Assembly: GCA_951406725.2 (NCBI GenBank) | Contig: OX597817.1 | Location: forward strand, 24,676,001 to 24,740,000 | Origin: Octopus vulgaris | Taxonomy: Eukaryota | Length of the DNA stretch: 64,000 bases | Direction of reading: 5' to 3' | Shown: positions 55,226-64,000 of the stretch, in pieces | How positions within the stretch are numbered: position 1 is the stretch's first letter | Layout of the letters: each line of letters starts with the position of its first letter | The notes under the pieces: model-generated | Told to the model about the DNA's origin: nothing | The model's input: only the letters and a program-made list of their open reading frames with translations | Database searches by the model: none | Made by a program: the position numbers and the translations under genes

Positions 55226-58200
55226 TTCTGTTTCTGTCTTTACATTGTCTGTTGTCCTTTAAATTTATTATAAGTACTTATTGCCATACTGTTTATCCAT
55301 GAATTTGTTCTGTTTCTGTCTTTACATTGTCTGTTGTCCTTTAAATTTATTATAAGTACTTATTGCCATACTGTTTATCCATGAATTTGTTTTGTTTCTG
55401 TCTTTACATTGTCTGTTGTCCTTTAAATTTATTATAAGTACTTATTGCCATACTGTTTATCCATGAATTTGTTCTGTTTCTGTCTTTACATTGTCTGTTG
55501 TCCTTTAAATTTATTATAAGTACTTATTGCCATACTGTTTATCCATGAATTTGTTCTGTTTCTGTCTTTTACATTGTCTGTTGTCCTTTAAATTTATTAT
55601 AAGTACTTATTGCCATACTGTTTATCCATGAATTTGTTCTTTTTCTGTCTTTACATTGTCTGTTGTCCTTTAAATTTATTTTAAGTACTTATTGCCATAC
55701 TGTTTATCCATGAATTTGTTCTGTTTCTGTCTTTACATTGTCTGTTGTCCTTTAAATTTATTATAAGTACTTATTGCCATACTGTTTATCCATGAATTTG
55801 TTCTGTTTCTGTCTTTACATTGTCTGTTGTCCTTTAAATTTATTATAAGTACTTATTGCCATACTGTTTATCCATGAATTTGTTCTGTTTCTGTCTTTAC
55901 ATTGTCTGTTGTCCTTTAAATTTATTATAAGTACTTATTGCCATACTGTTTATCCATGAATTTGTTCTGTTTCTGTCTTTACATTGTCTGTTGTCCTTTA
56001 AATTTATTATAAGTACTTATTGCCATACTGTTTATCCATGAATTTGTTCTGTTTCTGTCTTTACATTGTCTGTTGTCCTTTAAATTTATTATAAGTACTT
56101 ATTGCCATACTGTTTATCCATGAATTTGTTCTGTTTCTGTCTTTACATTGTCTGTTGTCCTTTAAATTTATTATAAGTACTTATTGCCATACTGTTTATC
56201 CATGAATTTGTTCTGTTTCTGTCTTTACATTGTCTGTTGTTCCTTTAAATTTATTATAAGTACTTATTGCCATACTGTTTATCCATGAATTTGTTCTGTT
56301 TCTGTCTTTACATTGTCTGTTGTCCTTTAAATTTATTATAAGTACTTATTGCCATACTGTTTATCCATGAATTTGTTCTTTTTCTGTCTTTACATTGTCT
56401 GTTGTCCTTTAAATTTATTATAAGTACTTATTGCCATACTGTTTATCCATGAATTTGTTCTTTTTCTGTCTTTACATTGTCTGTTGTCCTTTATATTTAT
56501 TATAAGTACTTATTGCCATACTGTTTATCCATGAATTTGTTCTTTTTCTGTCTTTACATTGTCTGTTGTTCCTTTAAATTTATTATAAGTACTTATTGCC
56601 ATACTGTTTATCCATGAATTTGTTCTGTTTCTGTCTTTACATTGTCTGTTGTTCCTTTAAATTTATTATAAGTACTTATTGCCATACTGTTTATCCATGA
56701 ATTTGTTCTGTTTCTGTCTTTACATTATCTGTTGTCCTTTAAATTTATCATAAGTACTTATTGCCATACTGTTTATCCATGAATTTGTTCTGTTTCTGTC
56801 TTTACATTGTCTGTTGTCCTTTAAATTTATTATAAGTACTTATTGCCATACTGTTTATCCATGAATTTGTTCTGTTTCTGTCTTTACATTGTCTGTTGTC
56901 CCTTTAAATTTATTATAAGTACTTATTGCCATACTGTTTATCCATGAATTTGTTCTGTTTCTGTCTTTACATTGTCTGTTGTTCCTTTAAATTTATTATA
57001 AGTACTTATTGCCATACTGTTTATCCATGAATTTGTTCTTTTTCTGTCTTTACATTGTCTGTTGTCCCTTTAAATTAATTATAAGTACTTATTGCCATAC
57101 TGTTTATCCATGAATTTGTTCTTTTTCAGCCTTTACATTGTCTGTTGTTCATTTAAATTTATTATATGTACTTATTGCCATTCTGTTTATCCATGAATTT
57201 GTTCTTTTTCTGTCTTTACATTGTCTGTTGTCCTTTAAATTTATTATAAGTACTTATTGCCATACTGTTTATCCATGAATTTGTTCTTTTTCTGTCTTTA
57301 CATTGTCTGTTGTTCCTTTAAATTTATTATAAGTACTTATTGCCATACTGTTTATCCATGAATTTGTTCTGTTTCTGTCTTTACATTGTCTGTTGTCCTT
57401 TAAATTTATTATAAGTACTTATTGCCATACTGTTTATCCATGAATTTGTTCTGTTTCTGTCTTTACATTGTCTGTTGTCCTTTAAATTTATTATAAGTAC
57501 TTATTGCCATACTGTTTATCCATGAATTTGTTCTGTTTCTGTCTTTACATTTACTGTTGTTCCTTTAAATTATTTATATGTACTTATTGCCATACTGTTT
57601 ATCCATGAATTTGTTCTGTTTCTGTCTTTACATTGTCTGTTGTCCCTTTAAATTTATTATAAGTACTTATTGCCATACTGTTTATCCATGAATTTGTTCT
57701 TTTTCTGTCTTTACATTGTCTGTTGTCCTTTAAATTTATTATAAGTACTTATTGCCATACTGTTTATCCATGAATTTGTTCTTTTTCTGTCTTTACATTG
57801 TCTGTTGTCCTTTAAATTTATTATAAGTACTTATTGCCATACTCTTTATCCATGAATTTGTTTTTTTTTCTGTCTTTACATTGTCTGTTGTTCCTTTAAA
57901 TTATTTATATGTACTTATTGCCATACTGTTTATCCATGAATTTGTTCTGTTTCTGTCTTAACATTGTCTGTTGTTCCCTTTAAATTTATTATAAGTACTT
58001 ATTGCCATACTGTTTACCCATGAATTTGTTCTGTTTCTGTCTTTACATTATCTGTTGTCCTTTAAATTTATTATAAGTACTTATTGCCATACTGTTTATC
58101 CATGAATTTGTTCTGTTTCTGTCTTTACATTGTCTGTTGTCCTTTAAATTTATTATAAGTACTTATTGCCATACTGTTTATCCATGAATTTGTTCTGTTT

Positions 58201-58457
58201 CTGTCTTTACATTGTCTGTTGTCCCTTTAAATTATTTATATGTACTTATTGCCATACTCTTTATCCATGAATTTGTTCTTTTTCAGCCTTTACATTGTCT
58301 GTTGTTCCTTTAAATTAACTTCACGTACTTATTGCCATACTGTTTACATTGTCTGTTGTTCCTTTAAATTAACTGTAAGTACTTATTGCTATACTGTTTG
58401 ACCATGAATTTGTTATTTTTCAGCCTTTACATTGTCTGTCGTTCCTTTAAATTAACT
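55226..58457 (+). repeat. Satellite subfamily C terminal block, diverging toward the edge
   Basis: C consensus; the last monomers partly show tttcag and ctgtaagt again. Confidence 0.93.
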
Positions 58458-58473
58458 TTGGTGGAATTTCATG

Positions 58474-59007
58474 TTACATAGAACCATGGTCTGAAAGAAG
58501 GGTTTTTTCCACTGTAACGTTATGTATAGTGTTATTGTGGTTACTAAACACTAGGTCCAAAATGTTCTTCTGATGTCTTGTTGGTGCAACGTCAAGTTGG
58601 GACAAGAAAAACTCATTCGTAAAGTCGAAAATTGACTCTGCTGCTTCTTTATCAGCGGTTGAGGCGGGAGTGCTTGCTTTCAAACAGTTTGTAGTCCAGT
58701 CAACACAGGGTAGATTGACGTCTCCCATCATGAGTAGGTTGCTAGAATGGCACTGTTGAATAAATCACTTAATGCTGTTGCGGCATTCTTTTAAGCACAG
58801 TATGGGTGTTTGGGGCGGCCTCTAGAGCCCAATTACTGTCAGGTCATTGGCTTTGTTGTGCACGGTGACTGATTCACAGTAGCCGTTGGAGAATATACTA
58901 TTTCCATCTGCCGTAAACGAATCATGCAGGAAAAAGGCAGTTCCACCCTTCCTTCTGCCGATATGATCCGCGCGGATGGTTGTGAAATTCTTCACTCTCA
59001 CTTCGGC
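58474..59007 (-). pseudogene. LINE APE-type endonuclease remnant
   Basis: Translation [24 protein letters not shown]...IGL*RPP...MMGDVNLP...PTRHQKNILDLVFSN...LSDH shows the GG, YRPP, GDFN, LDL and SDH motifs, with two in-frame stops. Confidence 0.88.
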
Positions 59008-60182
<1,175 letters not shown>

Positions 60183-63100
60183 ATCATCATCATCATCATT
60201 TAGCGTCCGTTTTCCATGCTAGCATGGGTTGGACGGTTCAACTGGGGTCTGGGGAGCCCGAAGGCTGCACCAGGCCAGTCAGATCTGGCAGTGTTTCTAC
60301 AGCTGGATGCCCTTCCTAACGCCAACCACTCCAAGAGTGTAGTGGGTGATTTTATGTGCCACCGACACAGGTGCCAGACGAGGCTGGCGAACGGCCACGC
60401 TCGGATGGTGTTTTTATGTGCCACCGGCACAGGTGCCAGACGAGGCTGGCAGACGGCCACGCTCGGATGGTGTTTTTATGTGCCACCGACACAGGTGCCA
60501 GATGAGGCTGGCGGACGGCCACGATCGGATGGTGTTTGTTACGTCCCCAAAGCACGGAGGCCAGTCATGCGGTACTGGCTACGGCCACGTTCGGATGATT
60601 TTCTTGTGTGCCACCGGCACTGGTACCACAAGATACAAATTCCATTGATGTTCATCTATTTTGATTTGTTTTGATTTGATTTGATTTTCACTTGCCTCAA
60701 CAGGTCTTCACAAGTGTCACAAGAAGGAAGGTATGCACAGGTGGACTGACTACGTCCCAGGTAGGGGCCACGGGTTATGGCCTGACTAGTCTTGCCGGGT
60801 CTTCGGATGGTGTTTTTATGTGCCACCGACACAGGTGCCAGATGAGGCTGGCGAACGGCCACGATCGGATGGTGTTTGTTGCGTGCCCAACGCACGGAGG
60901 CCAGTCGATGCGGTACTGGCTACGGCCACGTTCGGATGGTTTTCTTGTGTGCCACCGGCACTGGTACCACAAGATACAAATTCCATTGATGTTCATCTAT
61001 TTTGATTTGATTTGATTTGATTTTCACTTGCCTCAACAGGTCTTCACAGGTCTTCACAAGTTCTTGTGTGCCACCGGCACTGGTACCACAAGATACAAAT
61101 TCCATTGATGTTCATCTATTTTGATTTGATTTGATTTGATTTTCACTTGCCTCAACAGGTCTTCACAGGTCTTCACAAGTGTCACAAGAAGGAAGGAAGG
61201 TATGCACAGGTGGACTGACTACGTCCCAAGTAGGGGCCATGGGTTATGGCCTGACTAGTCTTGCCGGGTCTTCGGTTGGTGTTTTTATGTGCCACCGACA
61301 CAGGTGCCAGATGAGGCTGGCGGACGGCCACGATCGGATGGTGTTTGTTATGTGCCCACATCACAGAGGCCAGTCGATGCGGTACTGGCTACGGCCACGT
61401 TCGGATGGTTTTCTTGTGTGCCACCGGTACTGGTACCACAAAGATACAAATTCCATTGATGTTCATCTATTTTGATTTGGTTTGATTTGATTTGATTTGA
61501 TTTTGATTTTGATTTTTTGATTTTCACTTGCCTCAACAGGTCTTCACAAGTGTCATAAGTAGGAAGGTATGCACAGGTGGACTGACTACGTCGCCGGGTC
61601 TTCGGATGGTGTTTTTATGTGCCACCGACACAGGTGCCAGATGAGGCTGGCGAACGGCCACGATCGGATGGTTTTCTTGTGTGCCACCGGTACTGGAACC
61701 ACAAAGATACAAATTCCATTGATGTTCATCTATTTTGATTTGGTTTGATTTTCACTTGCCTCAACAGGTCTTCACAAGTTTGGTTTGATTTTCACTTGCC
61801 TCAACAGGTCTTCACAAGTGTCACACACTTGCCTCAACACGTCTCCACAAGTGTCACACACTTGCCTCTGCCTCAACAGGTCTTCACAAAGTGTCACACA
61901 CTTGCCTCTGCCTCAACAGGTCTTCACAAGTGTCACACACTTGCCTCAACAGGTCTTCACAAGTGTCATAAGAGGGAAGGTATGCACAGGTGGACTGACT
62001 ACGTCGCCGGGTCTTCGGATGGTGTTTTTATGTGCCACCGACACAGGTGCCAGATGAGGCTGGCGAACGGCCATGATCAGATGGTGTTTGTTGTGCCCAC
62101 AGCACGGAGGCCAGTCGATGCGGTACTGGCTACGGCCACGTTCGGATGGTTTTCTTGTGTGCCACCGGTACTGGAACCACAAAGATACAAATTCCATTGA
62201 TGTTCATCTATTTTGATTTGGTTTGATTTGATTTTTGATTTTCACTTGCCTCAACAGGTCTTCACAAGGGTCACACACTTGCCTCAACAGGTCTCCACAA
62301 GTGTCACACACTTGCCTCTGCCTCAACAGGTCTTCACAAGTGTCACACACTTGCCTCAACAGGTCTTCACAAGTGTCATAAGAGGGAAGGTATGCACAGG
62401 TGGACTGACTACGTCGCCGGGTCTTCGGATGGTGTCTTTATGTGCCACCGACACAGGTGCCAGATGAGGCTGGCGAACGGCCACGATCGGATGGTGTTTG
62501 TTGTGCCCACAGCACGGAGGCCAGTCGATGCGGTACTGGCTACGGCCACGTTTGGGTGGTTTTCTTGTGTGCCACCGGCACTGGTACCACAAAGAATACA
62601 ATTCCACTGATGTTCATCTATTTTGATTTGTTTTGATTTGATTTGATTTTCACTTGCCTCAACAGGTCTTCATAAGTGTCACAAGAAGGAAGGTATGCAC
62701 AGGAGGACTGACTACGTCCCAGGTAGGGGCCACGGGTTATGGCCTGACTAGTCTTGCCGGGTCTTCTCACGCACAGCATACTTCCATAGGTCTCGGTCTC
62801 TTGACATTTCCTTAGTGAGACCTAAAGTTCGAAGGTCGTGCTTCACCACCTCGTCCCAGGTTTTCCTGGGTCTACCTCTTCCACAGGTTCCCTCAACTGC
62901 TAGGGTGTAGCACTTTTGCACACAACTATCTTCAGCCTTTCTCGTCACATGACCATACCAGCGCAGCCGTCTCTCTTGCACACCACAACTGACGCTTCTT
63001 AGGTTCAACTTTTCTCTCAAGGAACTTACACTCTGACGATTATGAACACTGACATTACACATCGATCGGAGCATACTGGCTTCATTTCTTGCGAGCTTAC

Positions 63101-64000
63101 GCATATCCTCAGCAGTCACGGCCCATGTTTCACTACCATGTAGCATGGCTGTACGTACACATGCATCATACAGTCTGCCTTTTACTCTGAGCGAGAGGCC
63201 TTTTGTCACCAGCAGGGGTAAGAGCTCTCTAAACTTTGCCCAGGCTATTCTTACTCTAGCAGTTACACTTTCAGCACACCCACCCCCGCTACTGACTTGG
63301 TCTCCTAGGTAGCGGAAGCTATCAACTACTTCTAGTTTGTCTCCCTGGAACGTGGCAGAAGTTGGTCTCTGCACATTTCCAGTGTTTATTGCTCCTGAGC
63401 ATTTGCCACAGACAAAAACTATTTTCCTAGTTAGCCTTCCTTTGACATTGCTGCACCTCTTATGTGTCCATAGCTTACACTTGGTGCATCTTATAGAGTT
63501 TCTACCTACACCTTTTTTACAGATCGAGCAGGGCCATCTACCTGAAGGCGTTTGTGATTGATCTACCTTCCTACTTATTAGGACTTTGGTTTTGGCTAGG
63601 TTGATTCTAAGGCCCTTCGATTCTAATCCTTGTTTCCACACCTGAAACTTCTCCTCCAGTTCTGATAGTGACTCAGCAATTAGAGCAAGGTCGTCAGCAT
63701 AGAGGAGCTCCCAGGGGCAACCTGTCTTGAATTCCTCCGTTATTGCCTGGAGGACTATGATAAATAGGAGGGGACTGAGGACTGAACCTTGGTGGACCCC
63801 AACCTCTACCCGGAATTCTTCACTGTACTCGTTGCCAACCCTCACCTTACTAGCAGCGTCTCTGTACATAGCTTGCACAGCTCTCACCAACCATTCTTCT
63901 ATCCCTAGTTTCCTCATTGGCCACCAGATAAGGGATCGGGGACCCTGTCAAAGGCTTTCTCCAAGTCAACAAAAGCCAGGTACAAGGGCTTATCTTTGGC
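60183..64000 (-). mobile_element. RTE-clade LINE running off the window edge, with tandemly amplified 3' end and (TGA)n tail
   Basis: RT ORF plus a 3' UTR homologous to the copies at 5793, 8743 and 8947. Confidence 0.93.
62748..63917 (-). CDS. RTE LINE reverse transcriptase (partial) with inserted PHD-type zinc finger
   Basis: Motifs GVHQGSVLSPLLF, LLYADD, FRYLG, GSETW, RRLRWYGHV and GRGRPRKTW. The upstream motif LAFVDLEKAFDRVP (to 64000) is out of frame by a 1-bp deletion near 63940, so this is a pseudogene or a homopolymer error. Confidence 0.93.
   Translation of the reverse strand: MRKLGIEEWLVRAVQAMYRDAASKVRVGNEYSEEFRVEVGVHQGSVLSPLLFIIVLQAITEEFKTGCPWELLYADDLALIAESLSELEEKFQVWKQGLESKGLRINLAKTKVLISRKVDQSQTPSGRWPCSICKKGVGRNSIRCTKCKLWTHKRCSNVKGRLTRKIVFVCGKCSGAINTGNVQRPTSATFQGDKLEVVDSFRYLGDQVSSGGGCAESVTARVRIAWAKFRELLPLLVTKGLSLRVKGRLYDACVRTAMLHGSETWAVTAEDMRKLARNEASMLRSMCNVSVHNRQSVSSLREKLNLRSVSCGVQERRLRWYGHVTRKAEDSCVQKCYTLAVEGTCGRGRPRKTWDEVVKHDLRTLGLTKEMSRDRDLWKYAVREKTRQD

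Larger units (their letters stand above)
11996..58457 (+). repeat. Satellite DNA array, ~46 kb, 82-85 bp monomers, ~560 copies, single orientation
   Basis: Uninterrupted head-to-tail monomers sharing aagt..tattgc.atactgtt...ttgtctg...cct.taaatt; no TE insertions seen; edge monomers are the most diverged. Confidence 0.98.

Noticed and set aside
13083-55273. Unspliced ORFs in the satellite, or a degenerate C2H2 zinc-finger array (period near 84 bp)
   Set aside because: Periods of 82, 83 and 85 bp are not multiples of 3, ORFs end within a few monomers, and I found no CxxC...HxxxH or TGEKP pattern in the translations.
11996-58457. CRISPR array
   Set aside because: No unique spacers and no cas genes; monomers are wholly repeated in a eukaryotic context.
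60200-62636. Cluster of 60-150 aa ORFs (CHRHR / VPPA motifs)
   Set aside because: Translations of GC-rich RTE 3'-UTR repeats on both strands; the same applies to 5748-6317.

Overview
Eukaryotic, AT-rich, repeat-dominated window. I could not support any intact host protein-coding gene. The tRNA-derived SINEs, (TGA)n-tailed RTE LINEs, Penelope-like remnants and long (TA)n tracts resemble an octopus/coleoid cephalopod genome (inference, not verified). About 1-12 kb is a mosaic of SINEs, RTE/CR1-like LINE fragments, Penelope-like remnants with candidate minimal hammerhead ribozymes, and microsatellites. About 11,996-58,457 is a single-orientation, ~46 kb satellite of roughly 560 monomers in three related subfamilies (A 83 bp, B 85 bp, C 82 bp), arranged in layers, with a 100-N gap at 55,126-55,225. 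A and B monomers each read as a complete 'acceptor-microexon-donor-50 nt intron' cassette on the + strand, and C has lost both splice dinucleotides. The right end holds a domain-permuted LINE remnant, an ~800 bp (TA)n tract, and an RTE LINE with a PHD finger inserted in its reverse transcriptase and a ~6-fold tandemly amplified 3' end.
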